A DNA stretch of 35,145 nucleotides from Nemertoderma westbladi. Taxonomy: Eukaryota; Animalia; Xenacoelomorpha. The stretch lies in contig JAUCBJ010008833.1 in NCBI GenBank assembly GCA_032718475.1, positions 1 through 35,145 on the forward strand. The letters run 5' to 3'. Shown here in pieces: positions 1 through 11,300 of the stretch. Under the pieces are notes generated by a model, which had not been told where the DNA came from, ran no database searches, and worked only from the letters and a program-made list of their open reading frames with translations. Every line of letters starts with the position of its first letter. Position 1 is the stretch's first letter. Both the position numbers and the translations under genes were made by a program.

Positions 1-2
1 GT

Positions 3-1526
3 GCCGTGTATAGCTTTATGAGTGTTCCACTTCGTCCCTCCTTAGCTATATACACGATCTTTTAAAACAAAGCACTTGCCGGTTGGCTAGCCGATGTGTG
101 CAGTCGTACCATACGCGCCCATCCCTTAATACTTGGAACCAAACTCGCCAAGTTAGATGAACACAATAAATTCATCCGCTTTGAATGTTTCAGGTGCTTT
201 CTGACTCCGTTCCGTAACGTTGATAGTCAGTTCAAGGACCGCGCTCTGACCAAACTCAGCCTGAGAGACTCAGCGGCGGAGAAGCTAAACAGCGCGGGAT
301 TTGCCCTTTTTCAGGATGTTTGTATACAGAACTTGCACTCATCTGTTATACAAAGACCCCGAATACCCACGGGTTATTCTGTCGTCGAAGTTCAGACAGT
401 GGGTCCGCTTGCGGAGACAGCCGCACCTACCTCAGCTATGCAATTGGAAGACGAACCAATATGCTTAGAAGCTGAAGCGATTCAGCCTACAGCGCCCCGG
501 AGCAGCGATAACGACTACGTCTTAGAGTGGTATTAAGGTCCACAATGTCTCACCGCATACGATTATCGACACGCTAACTATGTTTCTCGAAAACGTTGTC
601 GATTATGCGCATGGAGAGACCATTTCACTCCTATGGACTCAGACGTACCCTGTTCCTATTTCCACGAACAACCAATGATGGAGATATATTGTGCGTATTG
701 CAGACTTAATAACTCTCATATTTTTGCAGTCTGCCCCCAATTTATGACTCAATGCCACCACTGTCAACTTAAAGGACATGCCAGTTATAATTGCCCCTTT
801 AATCACGATTTAGAGAGCGTAGATGAAATGATTACCCTGCGCTACATTCGAGCTTGGAAAGCAAACGCGGATTTACATTGTGAGTCCCGTCATCGATACT
901 ACCCTGGACGCTCTTACGAGGGAGTTTACGCGTTCCATCCTTATTTATTAGCGTCTGTGGAACAAAAAACACGCGTACCGAGTTACGAGCTAATGAAGCG
1001 TGTTGGTGAGTGTATTTCCACTAAATTTGTTAGAAGATACCTTAGGAACGTCAATCCTAACGATACTACTTCATACCATTTGATCAATTATATCCGTCAA
1101 GACCCTGAGTATGGCGACTTATTTATCAACTCGCACCCTGAGTTGCAGGAAGTATCTCGACGGCCCTACCAATATCGAGCCCGAGAACGCAAGCTGGAAA
1201 GAACTATTAAACCAAGGAAGTTTCTTACCACCCACGGTCCGCCTACCGCCATTGCCCAGACAACCCGTCAAGGACCCGTAGGAGCTGCTGTCCTGAGGCG
1301 CGCCCTAAAGGCTGTTAGACCTCGCTCCACGGAAGTTGATATCGATCAACCAGGTACCTCGACCGGCAGATACACCGATCGCAATCCGAAACCTTCTGAT
1401 GCAATTGTATTGCACCCTTCACCCAGGAGTTACAGCCCTCCTAGTAAAGTGGCTCGCCCCAAAGAGAAAAGGACTCTTGCTAGCCTCAAAAAACTGCGTA
1501 AACGCCGTCCGCGTAAGAAAGACTAA
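3..1526 (+). pseudogene. Stop-interrupted reading frame encoding a multi-zinc-knuckle protein with a basic C-terminal tail; probably retroelement-borne and may run off the window start
   Basis: ORFs 96-536 and 633-1526 share a frame that is broken only by TAA at 63-65 and 534-536. The 537-632 gap translates openly (GPQCLTAYDYRHANYVSRKRCRLCAWRDHFTP). Motifs are CRLCAWRDH..C, CAYCRLNNSHIFAVC and canonical CX2CX4HX4C CHHCQLKGHASYNC. The C-terminus is KKLRKRRPRKKD. Confidence 0.6.
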
Positions 1527-1596
1527 CTGTTTAGAGTATTTTTATATTTTAGAAACTGTGATTTGTTATATTTTATAGACTTAAATCCCATTTTCT

Positions 1597-1604
1597 GGGA
1601 GCGG
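1597..1604 (+). promoter_or_regulatory. Polypurine-tract-like sequence
   Basis: GGGAGCGG is preceded by a T-run and directly followed by TGTAAAAG, the exact point where homology to the inverted copy starts. Confidence 0.55.
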
Positions 1605-2225
1605 TGTAAAAGCTTTTGCGTCATTAACCGGTTATTTTCCCTTAAAGTACTCTGTAGTTGGTTTACCAGGCATAAAAAGGCCGTGTCCTTGCTGTACTGG
1701 TGTTTTAGAGGACATAAAAGTCATTTCTTCTGTATTTGTACTTTAGAGGACATAATCCGCAATCTCGTGACGCGATAAGCTAGATACTCTTGAAAACAGT
1801 GTCGCTACCATGACGACGGCTAACAGCTGATATTGCCACGTCGACATTTCTTTGTTTCTTTGTTCTCTCGTGGTTCGGTTGACCAATCAGAGCGTTTTTT
1901 GTCTCTGTGTTGGAGGTGGATACAGAAACTCAGTAATTCAGTGTTATGTTTTTGCCCAGAGCCTAAGAACACCGGCTTTTGGCACCTCCGTATATCAGCA
2001 TTCTTTAGCTTTACATTAGTAGGCTTAATTATAGAACGTATATCTGTTATCGAGTTAACGAGTTATCAAACCATAACTAAACATATCATACATAAATTAC
2101 TAATATTACTGCTTTTACTGTCGGTTATTCGTTATATTTGTTGATGAAATATTATATCGGAATACTGATCAATAGTCAGACACCCCACCTTCTTGATATA
2201 CTAAAGGTTAGAGAGACCGGTTACA
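1605..2225 (+). mobile_element. LTR-like unit, left copy (621 bp; right boundary uncertain)
   Basis: Starts TGTAA and ends TTACA. It has repeated TTTAGAGGACATAA motifs and a CCAAT box at 1883, and is homologous to the reverse complement of 5570-6282. Confidence 0.55.
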
Positions 2226-2765
2226 GATAAACGATTGCGACCTATGTTAAGTGGTTTGAAGTGAATCTAATGCTATTTCATATGCCCGACATAAATTGTA
2301 TGTTGCTCTCTTTATACGTGACCAAATTTAGTGAAGGTCGGCAGATTAGTGTGCCGTATTGTGCAGCATTGTGTATGAGTGTAACTGATAACAAAGCATC
2401 TCCTAAAGAATGCGCCATATACGTGAATCTATAGCCTTTTCGTTGTGTCTAGTTTAAGTCATAACTCTGTTTACATATTTAGAGCGCCACGTCCTAAAGG
2501 AACTGTTAATATTTCCCGAAAGTGAATAATATTTGTCAGAGATTATATATTACGATCAGTCGAATAATACGGTAGGCTTACACCATCAATCATTAAGCTC
2601 CGAACTCAGTCTCCCGGGTATATCCAACGGGTGAATGATTGCGCATAGACTGGCTTCGGCTAATGTAGTGTATCAAATACTCGTCATAAGCTAAAGAATA
2701 TATATCATCTAAAAGACATCCTAATTTGGCAGGTTAAACTGTCAAAGGTCTTAAAAGCGCAAACA
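2226..2765 (+). ncRNA. Conserved, putatively structured non-coding block (leader or long R/U5), left copy
   Basis: Much more similar to rc(5030-5569) than the LTR-like units are to each other, with identical runs of 53 nt (2455-2507) and 48 nt (2641-2688). It has no ORF and a hairpin at 2600-2659. Confidence 0.45.
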
Positions 2766-2879
2766 ACAGTTGAATGCCTACTGCTATATTACAGTTACAG
2801 CAAGTCTAGTATTTCAGTATCACCGTTAGCCTAGTAATTAATTACCGATATCGTTACTCTATGTAATGTGATATATATA

Positions 2880-3145
2880 CAATATATTAGAATACCGGTA
2901 TACAATTATAGTATATATAAGTATTATTACAGACTAGATTTGTCACAGAATACCGGTATATAATTTCAGCACAAATATATATAAATATATAATAGGCCTA
3001 TCGTGAATACCGGTATACAGCTTACACTTATAATATATATAAGTATAATTAATTATGGACTATAATTAATTACAGAATACCGGTATGATTTCAGCCTAAA
3101 TTTATAGAAATAAATATAATAAGCCTATTGTAAATACCGGTATGT
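2880..3145. repeat. Degenerate AT-rich tandem repeat, ~57-69 bp units
   Basis: AATACCGGTAT recurs five times, near 2890, 2948, 3005, 3074 and 3131. Confidence 0.75.
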
Positions 3146-4098
3146 CAATTATTTTAGAATAATTGAATTTCTGAATTTTAGGGGTTACTTGTTTACTTTG
3201 CTTTACTTGATTACCATTATTTAAGCAGTAGTCCAACTAATATTTAGACCTAATTGATGTATGACAGGCCTACTATTTTATAAATCGGTTTGAGTTGATT
3301 TATAATATATATATATATATACCCGTTTAATGGGTTTTGTCAATATTTGAAATAAATGTTATTATTTCTGGGAAGGAGTCACTACACAGAAGCTGTTTGC
3401 TCTCAGTGAAGTGCTACTTGTTGGACACTAAAAACAAATAATTCCAATTTACCTAAGTTACTTAATACTACAAATTACTTATAATGCGGGGTGAGATTAC
3501 AATCTCTAAATAAACACAAAAATTACACGGACGAATTTTTAGGGTAATTTTACAAGAAGTCTACAAACCAGCCTAACAAAGGGTTAGAATATCTGGTTAT
3601 TGCAACGGACAGGGTACTACGGTATTTGAAAATAACCAAGCAGTAGTAAATATACTGTGTTGTCCAGATAGGAAAAATACCACCGTCTGACGACTTATAG
3701 CCGTATCGCTATAAGTACTACGTTATGTATCACAGAGTGTTCCTACCTAGAAGTTAATTACCGCGGTCTACCAGAACCAACATGCCTATTAACCACTTTA
3801 CAACACAAATATACTGCCTACACACTAATTACCTTCGGAAAGTATTGTACACTAAACCCTAAATTAGGTACAAGTACTTATACAACAAATAATCAGCAGT
3901 TAGAAATACTTGTACAGCTAAAAGAACCACGATATCTGCTGGAGTGACCGGGGCACAAAATCACCAGTCTTTACCTACGCCAAGTAGCCCTGATGTAGTA
4001 CCGGGGTTAATTTAACTATAACGGTATGTACAACAAGCACAATTACTGTAGGAATAAACTTGGGGATATGAATGTTCCGAATAATCGCATAAACTCTG

Positions 4099-4677
4099 AA
4101 TAATAAATATTACGCTACGCGTACAGACTACTCAAATAAAATACAGACCAAACTCTGGCAGACTACTATCAAGCCCAAACAAACTACAGTATATGCAGAC
4201 TCCGAAATGGTTAGTTAATATGCGTTCTAACCGAGTAGTACAACTTATTCTTTCAAGGAGATTTACCTCACAGCACTGGAAGCCCCTACATTCCTAACTA
4301 GTAATTTATCGGACATACACTCTACACACACCGCAATCTCTTCAAACTTAACAACAGCCAGACAACAATCCAGCCTACAAATTATCTAAATAATAAATAT
4401 TACGCTACCCGTACAGACTACACATATAAAATACAGACCAAACTCTGGCAGACTACTATCAAGCCTAAACAAACTACAGTATATGCAGACTCCGAAATGG
4501 TTAGTTAGTATGCGTTCTAACCGAGTAGTACGACTTATTCTTTCGAGGGGATTTACCTCACAGCACTGGAAGCCCCTACTTTCCTAACTAGTACTTTATC
4601 GGACATACACTCTACACATACCGCAATCTCTTCAGACTTAACAACAGTCAGACAACAGTCCAACCTACAAATTATCT
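4099..4677. repeat. Tandem duplication, 2 x ~290 bp
   Basis: 4099-4388 and 4389-4677 align with scattered substitutions (AATAATAAATATTACGCTAC ... CCTACAAATTATCT). Confidence 0.92.
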
Positions 4678-5029
4678 GTACAATCTGAGCAGGCTTACAC
4701 GTCTTCTGTTCAATATTAACTTTCAAATAAATAAAACTGACAGAAATAGGCCTAAGTAAAATCCCAATAAAAACCAGGCGTCCCCGATTACTTATTAAGA
4801 CCTACCAGTATATAATTATCAAAATCGAATAATACTGCTGTACCTGTACTGCTGTAAGTACCGGTCCGGGTGGTTAGGTAGTTAGGCCTACTGGGTACCG
4901 GTTGACCGGTACTTCAGCTTTATTGCCTACTGCAATACAGAAGCAATAACTGTTATTGTTCTTACCAGAACAATATTAAACTGTATTTATTGCCTACACT
5001 GCAATCAGAACTCAATAACTGTTATTGTT

Positions 5030-5569
5030 CGCGCTTTCAGACCTTTAGCAGTTTAACCTGCCAAATTTAGATGTCTTCTAGATTATAAATCGACTTTAGC
5101 CTATGACGAGTATTTGATACACTACATTAGCCGAAGCCAGTCTATGCGCGACCATTCACCCGCTGGATATACCCGGGAGACTGGATTCGGAAGCTTTGAC
5201 CTTATTGCGGTGTAGGCCTACTGTATTATTCGACTGATTGTTAATATATAATTTCTGACCAATATTATTCACTTTCGGGAAATATCAACAGTTCCTTTAG
5301 GACGTGGCGCTCTAAATATGTAAACAGAGTTATGACTTACACTAGACACAACGGGATGGCTATTGGTTCACGTATAAAGCGCATTCTTTAGGATATGCTT
5401 TGTTATCAGTCACAATCATGCACACTACCGCACAATGCTGCACACCGATCTGCCAACCTTCACTAATTTTAGACACATATAAAGAGAACAGAAATCAACT
5501 CATGTAGTGCCTATGAAATAGCATTAGATTCACTCCAAAACCACTTTAATGTAAGTCGCAATTGTTATA
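5030..5569 (-). ncRNA. Conserved, putatively structured non-coding block, right (inverted) copy
   Basis: Its reverse complement aligns colinearly with 2226-2765, and the hairpin is at 5131-5190. Confidence 0.45.
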
Positions 5570-6282
5570 TGTAACCGGTCTCTCTAACCTTCAGTATATC
5601 AAGAAGATTGGGGTTTACGATTATTTATCGGTATTATCCAAATATAACAAGATTCCATCAACTGATATAATTAATAAACGAATAAACCATAAATAGCAGT
5701 GAAATAATGCGGTGAAAGCATAATGCATAATGTACTGAGTTGGTTTGATTAGGTGAGTTGTTTGATAACAGTTATACGTTTCGATGACCAAAGCCTACTA
5801 ATGTTTGGCTAAAGCCTGAAACACAGAAATTCCAAAGCCGGTCTTCTGGCTGTGGACTAAATACACACACTGATCCCTGCGGGCTGTTGTAGGTATCTTT
5901 CAACACAAAGAGAAATAGCTCTCATTGGCTGAGTTCCAGATTCTGTAGGTTCCACGAATGTCTAAATGCCGAACTATTCGGGTTTTTGCAGCCCTTATTC
6001 AACACAAGGCGAAATCGCTCTGATTGGTTGATCATTGTTCTGATTGGTTGATCGAACAGAACAAAGAGGCTATACGCGTACAGCAAATCGGCTGGTAGAT
6101 TGCGTCATTTGAGTTAGGTAGTTTAGAGTATTTGAGCGCATTGTGGGAAAACTGGCTTTTTATGTCCGCTAAAGCACACATGCAGACACAGCGGATAAAA
6201 TCGCTAGTTATGTCCTCTAAAACACCTTACACAGTACATTGCGGAGAAAAAGGGCCAGTTATATCCCGCAAAAGCTTTTACA
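5570..6282 (-). mobile_element. LTR-like unit, right (inverted, diverged) copy, 713 bp
   Basis: The reverse complement starts TGTAAAAGCTTTTGCG and ends GAGAGACCGGTTACA, the same as the left unit. It contains several ATTGG (CCAAT) boxes and is not preceded by a PPT. Confidence 0.55.
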
Positions 6283-6293
6283 ATATCCATTAA

Positions 6294-7836
6294 CCCTATT
6301 AGTACCGGGCTATAAAATGATGTACAAATACCGGGGGGGGGGGGGGGGGGGGGGTCATATTGACCCCTCCCTCTAAAATCTACAAATATTAACGAAAACG
6401 TCTGATTTTTTTTTGTTTGTACATAGGTATCACTAGTCTGGATCCGAGGGAAAAAAAAATTTTTCGAAAAAATGTACTGGGGTGGTAATATTGCAGGCAC
6501 AAAATTTGAAAGTTACATTTTTCGGCTAATTGTTGCTCAATACAGGTTTTCTGGGGCTCAAAATACATTGGAAAATATTTAAAAATGATATGATTACTAT
6601 AAATGGCTGTTTAGTCCTCTCTGCGTAGAAAAAAAATGAAAAAAACAAGTAACCAGCACTTTTCAGTTACAACACAAAATTTTTAAATCACTTATACGAT
6701 GCTATAAATTCACATTTTCAGGTTTTCGAGGGCGCTGATTCTAATGGAATACATTTCAAATAAGCCAGATCATTGCTACTTGTATTTTTCGGCGTAATTT
6801 GGCAAATTTTGGTGCTAGCACCAAATTTCGTACCCATCACCAAAAAGTACAAGTTTGCGATGTCCAGTGCTGTTTTTATTGATTCTATCGGATTCAGGAC
6901 CCTCATAAACCCGTATAACGCAAGAAACAAGGTGATACTATCTACTGATCAATTTGCATATTTTCCAAAATTTGGTGCTGGCACAACAATTTTCACCCAC
7001 CGGCGAAAAATGCAAGTTTGAGAAATCTTATGAAATTTTTACTGATTCCATTGAATTCAGAACCATCACAAACCCGTATAACGCAAGAAACAAGGTGACA
7101 CAATCAATTGATATATTTGATGGTTTTCAAAATTTGGTGCTAGCACCACATTTTGCACCCACATCCGAAAAATACAAGTTTGAGATGTCTAGTTCGATAA
7201 TTATATTTTCCATTGAATTCAGAACAGCCATAAACCTCTAAAACGCAAGAAATAAATTGTCACAAGCAGTTTTATCTATTGAATGAATTTTCAAAATTTC
7301 GTGCTAGCACCAAAATTTGCACACAGCACCGAAAAATACAAGTTTGATACGCTTGGTGCAACTCGTATATATTTCATCGAATCCAGAACCCCAAAAAACC
7401 CCAATAGCGTAAAAAACAAGTTTCAAACAATCAATTTTCAAAATTGACTTATTTCAAAATTTGGTGCTGGCACCAAAATTTGGCACCCACCGAAAAAAAC
7501 AAGTTTGAAATTTCTAAATAAATTTATATGAATTCCATCCAATTTCTAACACCAAAAAACCGGTGTAAATCAAAAATAGAGATGTTACAATTCATATTTA
7601 TTGAAATGTAATTTTCAAAAAACGTCTCAAAAAAAGTGCCAAAAGTAGGGTTAAAAAATGGTGCTATAACTCGAAAAGTACCAAATATTTTTGAAAACGG
7701 TTTTCACTACTAGGAAGACAATAGATTTTTAGGAAAAGTCATAAAATTTCAGATTCCCAACTGCGTTTTTTTCAGAATTATAATAAAAAAACCACGGGGG
7801 GGGGTCATATTGACCCCCCCCCCGGGTTTAATAGGG
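6294..7836. mobile_element. Non-autonomous piggyBac-type DNA transposon
   Basis: TTAA lies on both sides (6290-6293, 7837-7840). Termini are CCCTATTA...TAATAGGG, with a subterminal palindrome GGGGTCATATTGACCCC near both ends. There is no transposase ORF. Confidence 0.88.
6800..7580. repeat. Internal tandem array of the piggyBac-type element, ~5 units of ~163 bp
   Basis: TTTGGTGCTRGCAC and AATACAAGTTTG motifs recur near 6808, 6971, 7133, 7297 and 7460. Confidence 0.85.
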
Positions 7837-7920
7837 TTAAGGAGGCAGGTTGAAATTGATGTTTTTACCCTAAACAACTTAACTAACTAATTAACTGATA
7901 TTATCTTAGCTTCTCGAAGG

Positions 7921-8116
7921 TGATGTAGATTTGTATTGTCACATTATTAGGTATAGAAAGTAGGCCATGGCCACTTCTAGATATGATGTCAGATATACTA
8001 CAGTACTGATATTCAGTAAATATATGTGGACAGCTTGACAGTCTGTAGCCTATTATCATGGTTGTTCTTACAATACCGATACCGGTATTATAGTTGTATA
8101 CACTTGGTCTACAACA
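7921..8116 (+). repeat. 5' LTR
   Basis: TGATGTAGA...TCTACAACA, identical to 12774-12969. Confidence 0.97.
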
Positions 8117-8119
8117 AAT

Positions 8120-8137
8120 TGGCGCAGTGTGTAGGAT
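8120..8137 (+). promoter_or_regulatory. Primer binding site complementary to a tRNA-Ser 3' end
   Basis: TGGCGCAGTGTGTAGGAT lies 3 nt after the LTR. Its reverse complement ATCCTACACACTGCG-CCA has the T-arm, acceptor strand and G discriminator typical of tRNA-Ser. Confidence 0.85.
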
Positions 8138-8354
8138 GGTTGACTACTGCTTCGACCTTGCCTATGGTTCATCCTGTGTATTTTGTCTACAACTACCGGT
8201 ATACAACGTATTTATATAATACGAACCATTGGCAACCGGCTGACCGGTACCGGTACCTAACGCTGTAACCGGCTGACCGGTAACCTACCTACATAATAAC
8301 TATAACTTCTGCATTTCAACTTTCAAAGGTGAATAGTGCTTTTGATTGTATAAT

Positions 8355-11300
8355 ATGGCTGCAGCACACCAACAGGTAAACCAAAATGTTACCCGATTGT
8401 TTCTGCCTTATGATGGCAATGCGAATAATTTTCGCACCTTTCTTGACACCGCTAAAACGGCGTTGGACCTGGCAATTCCGGAAATTCAGCGAAACAATGG
8501 CGAATCCGATCAAGAATATCAGGTACGTCTAGATAATCGAGAGATAAAAATGTCAAAATTCTTCCTTGTAAATTGTGGAATTCAAGTAGCTAAGAAGGCT
8601 AATCAGCTTACGTTACCGGTAGAACCTACAACTGTAAAGTTTAGTGAATTGGAACGGTTACTCCGCCGGTATATAGAACCTGTGCGAAATATTCCCAGGG
8701 AGCGTGCTATTTTTTTCCGGTTGAAACAAACTTCTTCCGAATCGGTTCAGGATTTTGTAGCCCGAATTAGTGAATCGGCTGCACGTTGTGAGTTTCATGC
8801 TGACGATTGTGAAACGAATATGAAAGCAGTTTTTCTGGATGGCATAGTGAATACAGATGCACGTGATGTCATATTGGCATCTGGTCAGAAAACTTACTTA
8901 GAAATGCAGGATATAGTCTTTAATTTTGAGCTAAATGCTGTACAGAGTAAAATGAATAAGCTCACATTTGGCAAGACTAAACCAAAGAGTGGTTCCTGTT
9001 CATTTCGGCCAGGTAGGCCTAAATCGACACCTAATAAGGATGTTAAATCTGGTAATAGCTCAGATAAAGAGTGTTTTCGCTGTGGTAGAAATGGTCATAC
9101 ACCATATACATGCCGATATAAGGATGCTGTGTGTCATAATTGCAACCATAAAGGACATATTTCTCCGGTTTGTAAAAAGCCCAAAAAAGGCTCACAGCAA
9201 GGCAATGGGAAAATTAATACAGTAGAAGCTGGTGCTGATGATAATTCATTAGAGGTTAATTCATTATTTTTTGGTGTTGTAAATTGTACGCAAACAATTT
9301 CTAAACCGCCGCCATTAATGGTTAAAGTTGATATATATGGCAAATTCATTGAGTTTCAGCTAGATGAAGGAGCTGATTTTGCTGTAATGAATGAGGATTA
9401 CTTTCGTTCTCAATTCCCAAATCATGAAGTTAAAAATGCTTCCAAATATGTGCTTACTGGCTTCTTTAATGGTACAAGTCGTGCTAGTGGTCTTGTGTCT
9501 GTTAAGATGAAAGTAAATGGACATTCATTTATAGGTGAATTATTACTTCTAAAGGAACCAATTTATCCTTTATTTGGCAGAAATCTTGTATTTGCTGCAA
9601 ATGTTGGTGTTGATGCCTTGTTAGATGCTAGGCAAACCCAGTTAAATACTGGTAATTGTTATGTTCGTAAAGTGAGCGAAAGCCTTGCCTGTGTCAATAC
9701 CAATCATGAGCAAATTACTGCAAAGATAGCATTGTATAGTGATGTGTTTGAAGGAACTGGGCTCATTAAAATGCAACCAGTTGATCTTGGCTTTGAGGAA
9801 AGTTTTTGCAGTATTCGACACAAAGTTCGAAGTGTTCCTATATCATTGCGTGAAAAAACTGTAGAAGTTTTAGAACAGGAAGTACGTGATGGTAAATATA
9901 TCAAAGTGTCTGAGTCTAATTGTGCTTCTCCTGTAGTGATTGTACCTAAACCAGATGGTAATGTGCGAGTCTGTGGCGATTACTCAATGTCAATTAATGC
10001 TCAAATGAAGAATGTAATTGTACCCATTCCCACATTTGATGATGTTGTGAACAATTTGCCACCTAAAATTTGTTATATATCTAAATTAGATTTGAAGTCA
10101 GCATATCACCAAATTCCTATTTCTGAAAATTCCCAGAAAAAGTTGACTATTATTACACCAATTGGGTTGTTACAACCAACACGTCTGCCATACGGTGTGA
10201 AACCCGGTACTGCGATTTGTCAGGTAACTGTGCAGAATTTATTTGGAGATATTCCTGGTGTACAACCAATTATTGATGATATTCTTATTACTTCGGCAAC
10301 CATTGACGAACATCTTCGTTCTTTAGAGCTTGTATTTCAGAGATGTCGTGAAAGAAAGGTTGTGTTGCAGGCTAATAAATGTGAATTTCTGAAGAGTAGT
10401 GTTTCATTTTTTGGCCATGAAGTATCTATAGAGGGCATTCGTCCAGACAAGCGGAGAGTTGAGGCTCTCTTGGCTCTGCAACCACCGATTTCTAATGTAA
10501 AAAACTTGAAAAAGTTTGTCCAGAGTTTACTGGGTCAATTTAATTACTTGAGGCGATTTGTTCCTAATTTTGCTTCAATTTGTCAACCTCTGTATACATT
10601 GCTTAAAGATGACAGTGAACATAACTGGTCTTCTGAACAAGATGAAGCTTTAAATAAGCTGAAAGAAGCGATTGCTAAGCAAACATTGTTAAATTATTTC
10701 GATCCAACCGCTACTACTGTAGTGACTTCTGATGGTGGTCCTGGAGGTGTGGGTGCTGTTCTTAGTCAAAGAAGACCTGGTTCTGATGAAGAAATTATAG
10801 CCTTTGCTTCTGCAACTATACCCAAAGCACAAATTTATATGCATCAACAGGATCGAGAAGCCTATGCAATTCATTTTGCTTGTTCGTATTTTTCTGACTA
10901 TCTTCTCGGCAGAAAGTTTATTTTAAAGGTTGACAACAGAGCACTTGAGTATATTCTTAAGTCAGACAGAAAGCTACCTGCTGTGACACTATCCAAACTT
11001 CATCGCTGGAGAATCGATTTGTTGCAGTACAATTTCACAACAGAGCGTGTTACCAGTGAAAGTAACGAGGCTGATATTTTCAGTCGGAGTCCTTTAGAGA
11101 GGGACGTCACAGAAGAACTTGTCCCAGTTCGTGCAATTGAGATTAGAGCAGCTCAGATTTTAAATGATGTACCGATTAATAGACAAGACTTGGAACAAGA
11201 GACACAAGAAGATGTCGAATTGTCTAGTGTTATAAAACAAGTGTTAGATGGTGTCAATGTTACAAACAAAATATACCGTACAATGAGTGACCAACTAAGT

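Noticed and set aside
2570-2670. HDV-like ribozyme (long hairpin followed by GCTAAT and a P2-like helix)
   Set aside because: No P1/P3/P1.1 nested pseudoknot or conserved L3 is present, and that segment differs between the two copies.
3364-3380. Second PPT-like TTTCTGGGAAGG
   Set aside because: It is not followed by TG or any LTR homology.
3688-3720. Hammerhead ribozyme candidate CTGACGA plus hairpin CTTATAGC/GCTATAAG
   Set aside because: The stem is not followed by the required GAAA, and stems I and III are not evident.
6204-7241. Short ORFs in the piggyBac-type element
   Set aside because: They arise from tandem repeats and G-runs, with no DDD transposase motifs.
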